Below are positions 49,868 to 64,000 of a DNA stretch of 64,000 bases, one piece after another; positions within the stretch are counted from its first letter, which is position 1; each line of letters begins with the position of its first letter. The notes below the pieces were generated by a model. It worked only from the letters and a program-made list of their open reading frames with translations, was not told the origin of the DNA and made no database searches. The DNA lies in contig CM075993.1 in the NCBI GenBank assembly GCA_038087875.1, positions 11,472,001-11,536,000 on the forward strand, given 5' to 3'. Origin of the DNA: Malacoraja senta (lineage: Eukaryota). Position numbers and translations under genes: made by a program.

Positions 49868-52845
49868 ATCTGTGGAATTCTTTGCCACAGAAGGCTGTGG
49901 AGGCCAAGTCAATGGATATTTTTAAAGTAGAGATAGATAGATTCTTGATTAGTACGGGTGTCAGGAGTTATGGGGAGGAGGCAGAAGGATGGGGGTTGGA
50001 TGGAGAGATAGATCAGCCACGATTGAATGGTGGAGTAGACTTGATGGGCCAAATGGCCTAATTCTGCTCCTCTGACCTTATAACCATGGTTTGGGAACTG
50101 CTCCATCCAAAACGGCAAATAATTGCACAGAATTGTGGACGCAGCCCAGACCATCACACAAACCAACCTCCCTTCCATTGACTCCATTGACACTTCACGC
50201 TGCCTCCATAAGGCCAGCAGCATAATCAAGGATCAGTCTTAGCCTGGCCAATCCATCTTCTCCATTCTCGCATCGGGCAAATTCTACAGAAGAATGAAAA
50301 TCACAGTCTACCCCACGACAGAAGGGGGAGGAGTTGTACAGTTTTGGTACACGTGACAATAAACTAAACTGAACCAAACGAATTAATCTACTCATTTCTG
50401 ATTTCATATGATCTCTGTCTCATTTGGACTATGCTGCTTTGTAGCAAATGCCACCCACTGTAATTCTCGGTAGACAAAATTGCTGGAGAAACTCAGCGGG
50501 TGCGGCAGCATCTATGGAGCGAAGGAAGGGTTTTGGCCCAAAACGTTGCCCATTTCCTTCGCTCCATAGATACTGCCGCACCCGCTGAGTTTCTCCAGCA
50601 ATTTTGTCTACCTTCGATTTTCCAGCATCTGCAGTTCCTTCTTGAACAGTGTAATCCTCTCCATGTTCTGTACCAGAGGTTTCAAATATTATTAATATGG
50701 ACTACAAGTTGAGTTTTCAGTGCATGTGGATTTCTTCTGAGAATGAGGGTCTTACCTGAAAAAGTCCTCTAAACCAAAGTAAAATATCATTAATATCATT
50801 AAGTGATTAAAACAGAACAGAAAATATTTACCATGCTCAACAGGTCAGGCTACATCTGTGGGAGGAGAGACTTTAGACTTTAGAGGTACAGCTCGGAAAC
50901 AATTTTTTCGGCACCATCCAGCCATCATCCCGTTCACAAACGCTATCCCACGCTCACTAGGGACAATTTACAATTTTACCAAAGCCAATTAACCTACAAA
51001 CTCGCACGTCTTTGGAGTGTGGGATGAAACCAGAGCAACTGGAGAAAACCCACACGGTCACAGGGAGAACATACAAACTCCGTACAGACAGCACCCGTGG
51101 TCAAACCAGAGCACCTGGAGAAAACCCACATGGTAATTTATAAAGGCCATTTAGCCGGCACGTCTTTGGGATGTGGGAGGAAACTGGATCACTCAGAGGA
51201 AACCCACAAGGTCACTGGAAGAGCATGCAAACTCCACGCGGACAGCACCTGAAGTCAGGATCGAACCAAGATCTCTGGTGCTGTGCGGCAGCAGCTCCAC
51301 CTGCTGTGCCACGTTGCTGTCCTTCGAGCATGAGTGACCTTGGGGGAGTATCTGCGGACTTCTCTCATTCATTTGATCTCCCATCTGGGCCCTGCGCTGA
51401 AGATCACTTATATACGTGCAACACATTAAGATTTTGTGATAATTTGTGTACATGCTCAGAGGTAACTGTTTATATACTGGGGCAGGATGACAGAAGTGAT
51501 CAATGCACCAACATTAAGAGCAGTTAATCCCGAGTCCCCAGTGTAAACAATCAAATGGCGCAGCGGTAGTGTTGTGCCTCACAGCGCCAAAGATATGGGT
51601 GTTGTCTATGTGGAGTTTGTATGTTTTCCCTGTGACCACGTGGGTTTCCTCCAGGTGCTCTGGTTTCCTCCCACATCCCAAGACGTGCAGGCCAAATGGC
51701 CTTTGTAAATTACCCCAAGTGTGTAGGGAGTGGATGAGAAAGTGGAATAACACATAACTGGTGTGAACATGGTTGGCGTGGATTCGATGGGCGAATATAA
51801 AGCTGTATCTTTAAAGTCTGTTCAATGCACAAGGAGAACAAGTTTGGTTTATTTAGTATAAATATTTATTATATTTCAATCCACACACATTGGCAAATGC
51901 AGTATTTCAAAGTCACAGTCTGCTGGTTTTTGATTTATTTTACAAGATTCATGCTAGCGGCGACGTTTGATGAAGAGAACAGAAACATAAGAAGGCCATT
52001 CGGCCCTTCGAGCCTGTTCTGACCCCACCCAAACACCATTTTCCTGCATCAATCCTGTAATCAAAACGCAAAGTGCTGGAGGAACTCAGCAGGTCAGGCA
52101 GCATCTGTGGAGGGGCTGGATGGGTGACGTTTCAGTCTGAAGGAGGGTCTCTAACCGAAGTGGCATCTGCCCATTTCTCTCCACTTGTACTGCCTGACCC
52201 ACTGAGTTCCTCCAGCACTTTGTTTTTTGCTCAGGATTCCAGCATCTGCAGTTCCTGGTGTCTCAATCCCGTATGGCTTTGAATCCCACGGTATCCAACA
52301 GCCTTCTGAATCAGTGAGAATGGGTCCCAACCCGAAACGTCACCTATCCACGTTCTCCAGATACGTTGCCTGATCCGCTGAGTTACTCCAGCACTTTGTG
52401 TCTATTTTAGTTGTTGTCAACCAGCATCTGCAGTTCCTTGTTTCTTGCCTTACATTCTCTATCCTGCATACAGCCTCGCAGTGAAGAATTCCAAAGACGT
52501 CCAGGTTTAAGTTAATTTGCTTCGTATAAGTATAAATTGTCCCTAGTGTGTGGAGGAAAGTGTTCATGTGTGGGGATCGCTGGTCGGTGCGGACTCGGTG
52601 GGCCGAAGGGATACAGTTTCTGCACTGTATCTCTAACCGAAACTGAATTACCCCGTCAATCTCTAAAATAATTCCCTCTCAATTGCACACCTCTCATTTT
52701 TCTAACCTCTACAGAGTGCTCTCTTCATTGGATAATGTCCCCATCCCCATAAGTCAAATGAATAAATGTCCACCACTCGTTCTGTCAAGAATGTACTCTT
52801 CCTTGGTTAAAGAGACTAGACCTGCACACAATAGCACAGTCTGCT

Positions 52846-53535
52846 ATGAAAGTAAGCATGCAGGTACATCAGGCAGTGAAGAAAGCGAATGGCATGTTGG
52901 CCTTTATAACAAGAGGAGTCGAGTATAGGAGCAAAGAGGTCTTTCTGCAGTTGTACAGAGCCCTAGTGAGACCACACCTGGAGTATTGTGTGCAGTTTTG
53001 GTCTCTTAATTTGAGGAAGGACATTCTTGCTATTGAGGGAGTGCAGCGTAGGTTCACAAAGTTAATTCCTGGGATGGCGGGATGTCATATGCTGAGAGAA
53101 TGGAGCAGCTGGGCTTGTACACTCTAGAGTTTAGAAGGATGAGAGGAATCTTATTGAAACATATAAGATTGTTAAGGGTTTGGGACACGCTGGAGGCAGG
53201 AAACATGTCCGCGATGTTGGGGGAGTCCAGAACCAGGGGCCACAGTTTAAGAATAAGGGGTAAGCCATTTAGAACGGAGCCGAGGAAACACTTTTTCTCA
53301 CAGAGAGTGGTGAGTCTGTGGAATTCTCTGCCTCAGAGGGCGGTGGAGGCAGGTTCTCTGGATGCTTTCAAGAGAGAGCTGGATAGGGCTCTTAAAGATA
53401 GCGGTCAGGGGATATGGGTAAAAGGCAGGAACGGGGTACTGATTGGGGATGATCAGCCATGATCACATTGAATGGCGGTGCTGGCTCGAAGGGCCGAATG
53501 GCCTACTCCTGCACCTATTGTCTGTTGTCTATTGC
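52846..53535 (+). mobile_element. CR1 3' fragment; related copies at 29986-30382(+), 54851-55180(+), 56890-57268(-), 59608-60025(-), 63392-63870(+)
   Basis: KKANGMLAFITRGVEYRSKEV...PHLEYCVQFWS, and conserved 3'UTR gatcagccatgatcacattgaatggcggtgctggctcgaagggccgaatggcctactcctgc. Confidence 0.85.
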
Positions 53536-56500
53536 CCAGGGCCCCTATACTTGTTCAGTCAGGTTTTGTTTAGAGATACAGCGCAGAAACAGGCCCTTCG
53601 GCCCATCGAGTCCACCCCGACCAGAGATCCCAGCACATTAACACTATCCCACACACACACTAGAGACCAATTGCGATTTTTACCGAAGTCAATTAACCTA
53701 CAAACTTGTACATTTCTGGAGTGTGGGAGGAAACTGGAGTACCCGGAGAAAACCCACGCAGGTCACAGGGAGAATGTACAAACTCCATACAGATAGCACC
53801 CATAGTCAGGATCGAACCCGGGTCTCTGGCGCAGTAAGGCAGCAAATCTACTGCAGCGCCACCGTGATGCCCTAATCTTCACTCTTGCTTTGATTGAATG
53901 ATCAGTGTGGCCCACCGAGCCCATGCCGACCCGTTCATACTAGTTCTATGGTTGGAAAGGAATTGCAGTTAGTGGTTTACACCGAAGATAGACACAATAT
54001 GCTGGAGTAACTCAGCCGGACGGATAGCAGTTTCTATCGAACCCCTTCTTCAGACCCGAAGTGTCACTTCCTTTTCTCCAGAGGTGCTGCCTGCCCGAGA
54101 GTTTTTCCAGCATTGTGCTTCTGTCCGCACTAGATCTATGTTGTCCCACTTCCTCAGCCGATCATTACACATTCGGGACAATTTACAGAACCCAATCAAC
54201 CTACAAACCCGCACGTCTTTGGAATGTGGGAGATAACCAGAGCACCCAGAGGAAACCCATGCAATCACGTGGAGAACATGCAAACTCCAAACAGACAGTA
54301 TCCATGGTCAGGATCGAACCTAGGTTTCTGGCGCTGTTTCTACCAGATGCGTCACTAAATCTCTTGAGGAGAACCAGTCTGTAAAGGTTGGAAGAATCAA
54401 AGATGGTGCAATTGGGAGAGAATTCTTTCAGGGATTGATGGGGTAAATGGTTGCTGGATAATTGCCACTCCTTGCCTCGGTGTTAACTGTGTGTGGACAG
54501 TTGAATAATGACATTCTTACTTGCAGCTGCATAATAGGCCTAGAAATACAATACACAGAGATAATATATAATAAACAAAGGTTATTAGACAAATAATCCC
54601 AATACTAGTCCAAAAAGGAGCAAACTTCTTAGTTCATCCTACGACACTCACTCCATAGTTTATCAGCCTGGTGATTGTCGGGATGATAGTATTCTGAACC
54701 TGGTGGTCAGCTTTTCACACTCCTACTTCCTAATGTTAAGGATGGAACTGCAGATGCTGGTTTAAACTGAAGATAGACACAAAATGTTGGAGTAACTCAG
54801 CGGGACAGACAACATCCCTGGAGAGAAGGAATGGGTGACGTTTCGGGTCTATGTTCCCGATGTTGGGGGAGTCCAGAACCAGGGGCCACAGTTTAAGAAT
54901 AAGGAGTAAGCCCTTTAGAACAAAGACGAGGATACACTTTTTCTCACAGAGAGTGGTGAGTCTGTGGAATTCTCTGCCTCAGAGGGTGGTGGAGGCCAGT
55001 TCTCTGGATGCTTTCAAGAGAGAGCTAGATCGGGCTCTTAAAGATAGCGGAGTCAGGGGATATGGGGAGAAGGCTGGAATGGGGTACTGATTGGGGATGA
55101 TCAGCCATGATCACATTGAATGGCGGTGCTGGCTCGAAGGACCAAATGGCCTACTCCTGCACCTATTGTCTATTGTCTGATGTCTGTCTGACGAAGGTCT
55201 GAAGAAGGGTCTCGACATGAAACGTCACCCATTCCTTCTCTCCAGAGATGTTGCCTGTCCCGCTGAGCGACTCCAGCATTCTGTGTCTATCTTAGGTACA
55301 GGGCAGCACAGTGGTAGAGTAACTCCCCAACTGCCTGGGTGAATGCAGCACCAACAACCATCCAGGGTGGAGCAGCCACATCAACGAGAAACAAGACATA
55401 GAGGCATAGAGTGATACAGTGTGGAAACAGGCCCTCCGGCCCAACTTGCCCACACCGGCCAACATGTCCCAGCTACACTGGTCCCACCTGCCTTCGTTTG
55501 GTCCATATCCCTCCAAACTTGTCCTATCCATGTACCTAACTGCTTCTTAAACGTTGGGATAGTCCCAGCCTCAACTACCTCCTCTGGCAGTAGTTCCATA
55601 CATTGTTCCATACATCCACCACACACGGACCCCCCCCCCACACACAACCCCGTCCAGACCCATGTCCGGTTCAGCACCTCCCGCCGGACCCCCGGCTCTC
55701 CAGCCCCGCAGGCAGGTGGGACTAGTGTAGCTGGGGCATGTTGGCCGGTGTGGGCAAGTTGGGCCGAAGGGCCTGTTTCCACACTGTATCACTCTATGAC
55801 CTTCACCCCCCCCCCCCCCCATCCCCTCCCTCACACATAGTGTGTTGCTCTCGCCACCTCCGGCCGTTCTGTGCGCCTCTGGGTTTAACCCCGGTGAAAA
55901 GCCCCGACTCTCGGCTCGGAGAGTCGCTTCTTGTCCCCCGATCCCGAGACCCCAGCGCCCGTGTCTAGCACCCGCCCCCCCCCCCCTCGCCAACCACAAG
56001 ACCCCGGAGATTACTGCCTGGGGTCCCGGGTCGGAGACAGGGGGTCCGGTGTCCGGTGTCCGGTGATGGGGAGGGGTACTGGGCGGTGTGGGTCCGGGGC
56101 GGAGATAGAGGCACACAGCGTGAAAACAGGCCCTTCGGCCCAACCTGCCCATGCCGACCATCAACTCTTTGGAGAGAGGAGGGGCGGAGATAGAGAGAGT
56201 AGATCGGGCCAGTGTACACCTGGAACAGGGATTGCTCGATGTACCCTGATGAAGGGCCTCAATATTCGTGTCATCGTTGACCGCAGTACAATACCTGGTC
56301 TCCCCCCCCCCCCCCCTACAACTGATGTGGAGGAAGGAACTGCAGATGCTGGTTTACACCGAAGTTAGACACAAAATGCTGGAGTAACTCAGTGCGACAG
56401 GCAGCATCTCTGGAGAGAAGGAATGGGTGACGTTTCGGGTCGAGACCATTCTTCAGACTGAGTCAGGGGAGAGGAAAACGAGAGATATAGACGGTGATGT

Positions 56501-59500
56501 AGAGATATATAGAATGAAAGATATGCACTATCAGGTGACGATGATAAAGTAGACAGGCCATTGTTAGCTGTGGGCTAGGTGAAAAAATGTTAGAGACAAT
56601 GAGACTCAACATGGCGACTTTGAAACTAGTACAACAACTTTGGTGGGGGATGGAGAGAGAGAGAGAGAGAGCGAGGGGATGCAGAGGTTACTTGAAGTTA
56701 GACAAATCAATATTTGCAATGACCTTTGGCAAGGAATCTCCAAAGGAGCATCACCCCTATATAGAGAGAATCAAACTTCAAGCGCAGAGCATGTTGTACA
56801 TACCCGGCACTGGGGGAGGGGGGGGGGGACTAGGGGGGTGGGGGCAGTAGGGGGAGGGGGGGGGGGACAGGTGCGAGACTATTTCACTGAACATAGAAAC
56901 ATAGAAAATATGTGCAGGAGGAGGCCATTTGACCCTTCGAGCCATTGTGATCATGGCTGATCGTCCCCTATCAATAACCCGTGCCTGCCTTCTCCCCATA
57001 TCCCTTGACTCCACTAGCCCCTAGAGCTCTATCTAACTCTCTCTTAAATCCATCCAGTGACTTGGCCTCCACTGCCCTCTGTGGCAGGGAATTCCACAAA
57101 TTCCCAACTCTCTGGGTGAAAAAGTTTTTTTCTCATCTCAGTCTTAAATGACCTCCCTTTATTCTTAAACTGTGGCCCCTGGTTCTGGACTCGCCCAACA
57201 TTGGGAACATGTTTCCTGCATTTAGCTTGTCCAGTCCTTTTATTATTTTATATGTTTCTATAAGATCCCTTGTGCAGACGAGTGTGTTGGGGGGGGGGGG
57301 GGGTGTTCCGAGTCCGGGATCAGGGGACGTTGCAGGCGCTACTCTGATGCAGGACCCAGTGAGGGAGGAGCGGACGGAACCGACCCACCCTCGCCCTCCC
57401 TTGAAGTCGCTGCCGGACAGCGGGCGGAGATCATCACCCCGACGGCGGCGCAGATCCCAATCTCCCCTCCCCCCCCACCCCACCTCCTGCCAGTCTCCCG
57501 CAGCCCCGGGGTGGGATTGACTGAGCAACCCCCGGGTAAGGGGTCCCCGTAGGACCCAGGCCCCTGAACCGCGCTCCCCTCACCCTTGCCCCGTCCGCGG
57601 CGCCACACCAATGCAACTGCCGGAGCGCACTGCTGAGAATCAGCGAAGATAGACACAAAATGCTGGAGTAACTCAGCGGGACAGGCAGCACCTCTGGAGA
57701 TGACCTTTCGGGTCGAGACCCTTCTTTTCGACTCGAAACCTCACATTCCTTCTCTCCAGAGATGCTGGCCGACCCGCTGAGTTACTCCAGCACTTTGTGT
57801 CTGTTTTCGGTGTAAACCAGCATCTGCAGTTCCTTCCCACATGCTGAGAATCTGCTTTATCGGGGCTGGTACCCACACATGGCTCTTCCCGTGGACACTG
57901 GACTCCGGCCGGCGTGGCTGAGCGAAGCCCCCCCCGTCAGTGCAAGGGTCGGGCCAGGAACCAAGGAGAACCTGGTGCGGAATAATTTGTAACTTTGTCA
58001 GCGGTCTTTACGTGGCGACTCTTTGCATACCTTGGGTGCGCTAGCAATGAGTTTCACTGTGACAATGAAGATGGGTCTCGACCCGAAACAGCGCTTATTT
58101 CCTTCGCTCCATAGATGCTGCCTCATCCGCTGAGTTTCTCCAGCATTTTTGTCTACCTTCGATTCTTCCAGCATCTGCAGTTCCTTCTTAAACATGAAGT
58201 ATTCATTCCTCCCTTCATTCATTAATTCATTCATTCATTAATTCATTCATCCATTCCTACATTGCTCCATACTGCCCCCACAAGACACCCAGTGCCTGGT
58301 CGCCCCCCTGCCCGCCAGTACTGCAGAGTGACTCCAGGGGGCGTGCAGGCCAATCTTACATTCTCAACATTATTGCCCTTGATTATAACTTCATATGTGA
58401 TAGGAGCAGAATTAGGCCATTCGGCCCATCAAGTCTACTCCACCATTCAATCATGGCTGATCTATCTCTCCCACCTAACCCCATTCTCCTGCCTTCTCCC
58501 AAATAACCTCTGACACCCGTACTAATCAAGAATCTATCTACCTCTGCTTTCAAATATCCACCGACTTGGCCTCCACAGCCTTCTGTGGCAAAGAATCCCA
58601 CAGATTCACCACCCTCTGACTAAATAAATTCCTCCTCATCTCCTTTCTCCATGTGAAGAAGGGTCCCGACGGAGTCAGGGGATATGGGGAGAAGGCGGGA
58701 ACAGGGTACTGATTGGGGATGATCAGCCATGATCACATTGATCGAATGTGCTGGCTCGAAGGGCCACATGGCCTGCTCCTGCACCTATTGTCTATTGTCC
58801 CGTACCGTCAACTCGCCACGTTCTCCACAGATGCTGCCCGACCCACTGAGTTACTCTGGCAACAGACACAACGTGCTGGAGTAACTCAGCGGCTCAGGCA
58901 GCATCTCTAGAGTAAAAAGGATGGTTGACGTTTCAGGCCAGGACCCTTCTTCAGACTGAACGTAGAGAGGAGGGAACTGGAGGTAAGAAAAGGCCAGAAC
59001 AACGCAGGGCCGGCAATAGATGACCAAGGATCATGCAGCCCATTGTGGGCTGGGGAAGAGGTGATGATAAAGGGATATGAGGATGCGAAGTGGAATTAGA
59101 AGGACGACTAGCATTGGGGGTGGACGGAGAGAGAGGGGATGCAAGGGTTACTTGAAATTAGAAAGATAAAGATTCATACCGCTGGGTTGTAAGCTGCGCT
59201 AGCGATATATGAGGTGCTGTTCCTCCAATTTGCGTGCGGCCTTACACCGGCACTTTGTGCCTTTTTTTTTGGTAAACGGGCATCTGCAGTTCCTTGTGTC
59301 TACATCCCCGCTCACATGGAAAGTTGGTTCTTCAATACTGTACTGGACACGCGAGGCCGATCGGCCCATAACGATATCGCTGCCTCCCTACCCTGCAACG
59401 CCACTGCCGCAGGGGAAATGTCCATGCTCCCCTCCCGCGATAAACTCGGGATAAACCCCGGAAAACAGCTCACAACACAAACAAAACCAGCAGAAACCCG

Positions 59501-62239
59501 AATCCCTCCACACGGCACAGTGACGGAGCGGTAGAGTTCCTGCCTTGTCGTGCCTGAGACTCAGGTACGATCTTGTTCATACGTTCATAAGTTGTCGGAG
59601 CAGAATTAGAAACATAGAAATAGAAATTAGGTGCAGGAGTAGGCCATTTGGCCCCCCCTTCGAGCCTGCACCGCCATTCAATATGATCGTGGCTGATCAT
59701 CCAACTCAGTATCCTGTACCTGCCTTCTCTCCATACCCTCTGATCCCTTTAGCCACAAGGGCCACATCTAGCTCCCTCTTAAATATAGCCAATGAACTGG
59801 CCTCGACTACCCTCTGTGGCAGAGAGTTCCAGAGATTCACCACTCTCTGTGTGAAAAAGTTCTTCTCATCTCGGTTTTAAAGGATTTCCCCCTGATCCTT
59901 AAGCTGTGACCCCTTGTCCTGGACTTCCCCAACATCGGGAGCAATCTTCCTGCATCTAGCCTGTCCAACCCCTTAAGAATTTTGTAAGTTTCTATAAGAT
60001 CCCCTCTCAATCTCCTAAATTCTAGAGAATTAGGCCATTCGGCCCATTAATCCGCCATTCAATCATGACTGATCTATCTCTCCCTCTCATCACATTCTCC
60101 CGCCTTCTTTTCGTTGTACTGAAAAGTGCAATGACAAAAAAATTGAATCTGAATATGAATCTGAATAACCCCGGACACCCGTACTAATCTCCCCTTTAAA
60201 AATACCCATTGACTTGGCCTCCGCAACCGTCTGTGGCAATGAATCCCACAGATTCACCACCCTCTAAAATACAAGATGCTGCCTGACCCACTGAGTTACG
60301 CCAGCATTTTGTGGCGATCTTCGGTGTAAACCACCCTCTGCAGTTGCTTCTTACACAAATACATTTAGTGGTAGTTTGGATGTTAATTTGCTTCTGTAAA
60401 TTGTAAATTGTCCCTAGTGTGTGCAGGCTAGTGTTAGTGTGCGGAGATCGGTAGCCGGCGCGGACTCAATGGGCCGAAGGGCCTGTTTTCCCGCTGTATC
60501 TCTAAAAACTACAGTAAAGAGATTTTCTCCCAATATAAGGGACCTGCGTACAATGTATCTTTGGGCAGTGTGAGGGACCGCGGCATCACTTATACAGTGA
60601 CAAAGAGACATTTTGAAACTAATTTTTAAGTTTAGTTTAGAGATGCAGCGCGGAAACAGGCCCTTCGGCCCACCGAATCCGCGCCGCCCACACACTAGGG
60701 ACAATTTACACTTATACCAAGCCAATTAACCTACAAACCTGTACGTCTTTGGAGTGTGGCAGGAAACCGAAGTTCTCGGAGAAAACCCACCCACGCGGGT
60801 CACGGTGAGAACGTGCACACTCCACATAGACAGCACCCGTGGTCAGGACCGAACCCGGGTCTCGGGCAGCAACTCTATCGCTGCGCCGCCGTGCGTTCCT
60901 CCACACAACCCAAAGATACACGCGACCTCGATATTCGTGCCATCCTTGCCCACAGTACAAAGCCTGGCCTCGCCGGCCCTCTACAACGGGTGTGTAGGAA
61001 GGAACTACAGATGCTGGTTTACACCGAAGATAGACACAAAATGCTGGAGTAACTCAGCGGGACAGGCAGCGTCTCTGGAGAGAAGGAATGGTCTGAAGAA
61101 CCATTCAATACTCGAAGTGAAACATCACCCATCCCTTCTCTCCAGAGATGCTGCCTGTCCCGCTGAGTTACTCCAGCATTTTGTGTCTATCTTCACCACA
61201 ACTGGTCTTTTCCAAAAAATCCCTGGCACACGAGTTGATTGTACAACTTTTGGCGGCGCAGCGGTAGAGTTACTGCCTGACAGCGCCAGAGACCCGGGTT
61301 CGATCCCGACGACGGGTGCTGTCTGTGTGGAGTTTGCACGTTCTCCCCGTGACCTGCGTGGGGTTTCTCCGAGATCTTCGGTTTCCTCCCACACTCCAAA
61401 GACCTACTTTGTAGGTTAATTGTAGTCTGTAGGATAATTGGCTTGGTATAAATGTAAAATTGTCCCTAATGTGTGTAGGGTAGTATTCATGGGCGGGGGT
61501 CGCTGGTCGGGGCAGACTCGGTGGGCCGAAGGGCCTGTTTTCGCGCTCTATCTCTAAACTAAACTAAACTTTGATACACAGACACACCAACATGTAGCCC
61601 CGACACCCGCATCTTAAAGTCACCGCGAATTCTCCAGTCCCGGTCGTAGTTATTATTGTATTTGTTTAAAAGTCGCAGAAAATATCATTTTCATTCATTT
61701 AAACATGAAAAAGCATTAGCTCCACAACACATTACCCCTTCCAATAGCACCGACCGCGAGTGCACTTGAAACGGATTAGTCCGGATATATTAACATCGCG
61801 GGGTAGCGGAGAGACAGAGAGAGAGAGAGAGATTCCGTCCCGACTGACCGGCAGTGGGCTGGCAACCGGCTCCGGGGCAAACGGGACTCGCAGTCGCCCT
61901 CCGGTTTGGGAAGTAGTTGGACCCTGCCTTCACCCCCTCCCCTCCCATAGTCCAAACTTTGCTCCCACTCCCACCGTCCCAGCCACAATTCCAGGGATGT
62001 GCCACCTCCCCTCCTATCCCTCCCCACCCCACTCCACCCCGGCCACTCCGGCGGCCACTCCCGGGGCAGCCAGTGCGCTCCGCTCCGCGGGCCCGGCGCT
62101 TGGACCAGCGCTACTGTCTGTCTTGTCACGGACCGGGTGCCGGGAGCGCAGCACCAGGGTAGGGGTGGGGACGAGGGGACGAGGGGCCGGCCGCCGGCCG
62201 CAGACACACACCCACACGCCGGCATCCAGACCACCCCAC

Positions 62240-62882
62240 ACTGGCCCGGGTCATTCCACACACCCCCCCGGCCCGGGAAAACCCACCCCCCTCCTCCCGG
62301 ACTCCACACACCTCTGGCCCGGGTTAATGACACCTTCTATCCCGAGACGCTCCACACACCCGCTGACCCGGGTCATTCCACACACCTATAGCCCGGGTCA
62401 CCCTACACCCCTTCTCCGGACTCTACACACACTCTGTCCCGTGTTACTCCGCATCCCTTACCATGGGACAGTCGATACGCCTAACCCGGGTCATTGCACA
62501 CACCTATAGCCCGGGTCACCCTACACTCCCTCTCCCGGAACTCGACACACACACACACACTCTGGCCCGGGTTACCCCACACCCCGTATCCCGGGACGCT
62601 CCACACGTCCTGACCCGGGTCATTCCATCTACCCCTGGCCCGGATCACCGTACAGCCCCCTCCCGGACCTCCACGCCTACTCTGCCCCCGGATTAACGGG
62701 GACCCCTATCCCGGGAAGCTGCATACCCCCTGTCCCGGGTCATTCCATCTACCCCTAACCCGGGACATTGCACATACACCTAGCCTGGGTCACCCTATAC
62801 CGCCTCTCCCGGACAGCACCCGCACTCTGGCCCGGGTTACCCGCTATCCCGGGACAGCCCACACCCTCTGACCCGGGTCCCC
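62240..62882. repeat. Degenerate higher-order minisatellite: ~120-bp units built from ~24-bp CCCGGG-cored subunits
   Basis: cccgggtcatt recurs at 62245, 62367, 62485, 62614 and 62734; cccgggtcc at 62872. Confidence 0.85.
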
Positions 62883-62954
62883 CACACCTCTGTCTCGCCG
62901 CCGCCGGGCCCTGCCGCACTGCCGGGGCCGGGGCTGGGACCGCTGCTGGGTTAC

Positions 62955-63039
62955 CTCTGCTGCTGGAGCTACTGTGTCGGCGGGCGGGCGGCTGCTGGTG
63001 GCCGTTCTCCTGGAGGCTGCGGGCGGCTGCGGGCTCCAT
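62955..63039 (-). CDS. Candidate first coding exon (or uORF start) of an unidentified host gene; encodes MEPAAARSLQENGHQQPPARRHSSSSSR + G (phase 1)
   Basis: Minus strand reads gtgccATGG (ideal Kozak), 28 open codons, then AGAG|gtaacc donor. Non-repetitive, GC/CpG-rich setting. No homology recognised. Confidence 0.5.
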
Positions 63040-63148
63040 GGCACAGTCAGACTGGCAGCGCCGGGCAACAGCCGCAGCGGCGGTACCGGGACGCGAGCAG
63101 CCGACACCCAGCGCCCGGCATCCCGACTGCGTGGCGAGGCGAGGCGAG

Positions 63149-63150
63149 GG

Positions 63151-63202
<52 letters not shown>
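63149..63202. repeat. (GGCA)n microsatellite in the putative 5'UTR
   Basis: Direct reading. Confidence 0.95.
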
Positions 63203-64000
63203 CGGCCGCAGCCGGGCCCGGGAGATCGGAGCCGCTGACTTAATCCTTCACGCTGCAAACATTCCCGCAAATCAGCGGAGAAAACTGCGTCGGAGGGGGT
63301 GAGGAGGACCGGGCCCGGGTATTTAAAGAGTAACAGCAGCAGCTCACATCCCCTGGAGGCAAGACTCAGTGTACAGCCCAGTAATCTGCCCCTCTTATAG
63401 AAACATATAACATTATTAAGGGATTGGACAGGCTAGATGCAGGAACAACGTTGGGGGGAATCCAGAACCAGGGGTCACACAGTTTAACACTGAGGGGTTG
63501 GCCATTTAGGACTGAGAGGAGGAAAAACTTTTTCACGCAGAGAGTTGTGAATCTGTGGGATTCTCTGCCACAGAAGGCAGTGGAGGCCGATTCACTGGAT
63601 GTTTTCAAGAGAGAGTTAGATTTAGCTCTTAGGGCGAACGGAATCAAAGGGTATGGGGAGAAAGCAGGAACGGGGTACTGATTCTGGATAGACAAAAATG
63701 CTGGAGAAACTCAGCGGGTGAGGCAGCATCTATGGAGCGAAGGAAATAGGCAACGTTTCGGGCCGAAACCCTCCTTCAGGATTGTGGATGATCAGCCATG
63801 ATCATATTGAATGGCGGTGCTGGCTCGAAGGGCCGAATGGCCTACTGCCCCCCATTTTCTATGTTTCTTCGCATCACACACTCACACACACATAACTCAG
63901 GTCTCTCGTCGTCAGCGTGACAGGGGCTGGAAGTACTGGTGAACATAGAAACATAGAAACATAGAAAATAGGTGCAGGATGAGGCCATTCGGCCCTTCGA

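Larger units (their letters stand above)
61790..63330. promoter_or_regulatory. CpG-island-like promoter / first-exon region
   Basis: Visibly high GC and CpG density, free of the LINE/SINE families that fill the rest of the window. TATA-like TTTAAATA on minus strand at 63320-63327, upstream of the candidate exon. Confidence 0.55.

Noticed and set aside
52715..52822. Possible exon near 52.7-52.8 kb
   Set aside because: Splice-like signals occur on both strands, but the frames checked stop quickly and there is no other support.
61760..62509. 249-aa Pro/Thr/His-rich ORF and overlapping ORFs
   Set aside because: Expected in stop-poor GC-rich and minisatellite DNA; non-ATG start, no domain.

Overview
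Eukaryotic, repeat-saturated DNA. The repeat families (HE1-like V-SINEs, HER1/CR1 LINEs, Penelope-like elements, Rex1/Babar, L1) point to a cartilaginous fish, probably a skate or ray; this is inference. The window looks like one long intronic stretch of a minus-strand host gene that I cannot name. A candidate first exon lies in a CpG-rich region at 62955-63039 (strong Kozak ATG, GT donor) and a second candidate exon at 19351-19520. Main contents: (1) a 5'-truncated, young L1 with an uninterrupted 822-codon ORF2 segment, poly(A) and 10-bp TSD; (2) a three-level SINE>CR1>CR1 nest at 35.8-41.0 kb; (3) a Penelope (GIY-YIG) fragment plus many short Penelope-derived, often fold-back elements that carry a minimal hammerhead-ribozyme motif and their own target-site duplications; (4) hAT, Harbinger-like and 8-bp-TSD MITEs; (5) a 3.76-kb non-autonomous hAT element full of hairpins, inserted at the RT catalytic ADD codons of a Rex1 LINE, inside an ~810-bp inverted duplication next to an assembly gap; (6) several micro- and minisatellites. 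I found no prokaryotic systems, CRISPR arrays, rRNA or true tRNA genes. Repeat boundaries without a stated TSD are approximate and were read by eye.
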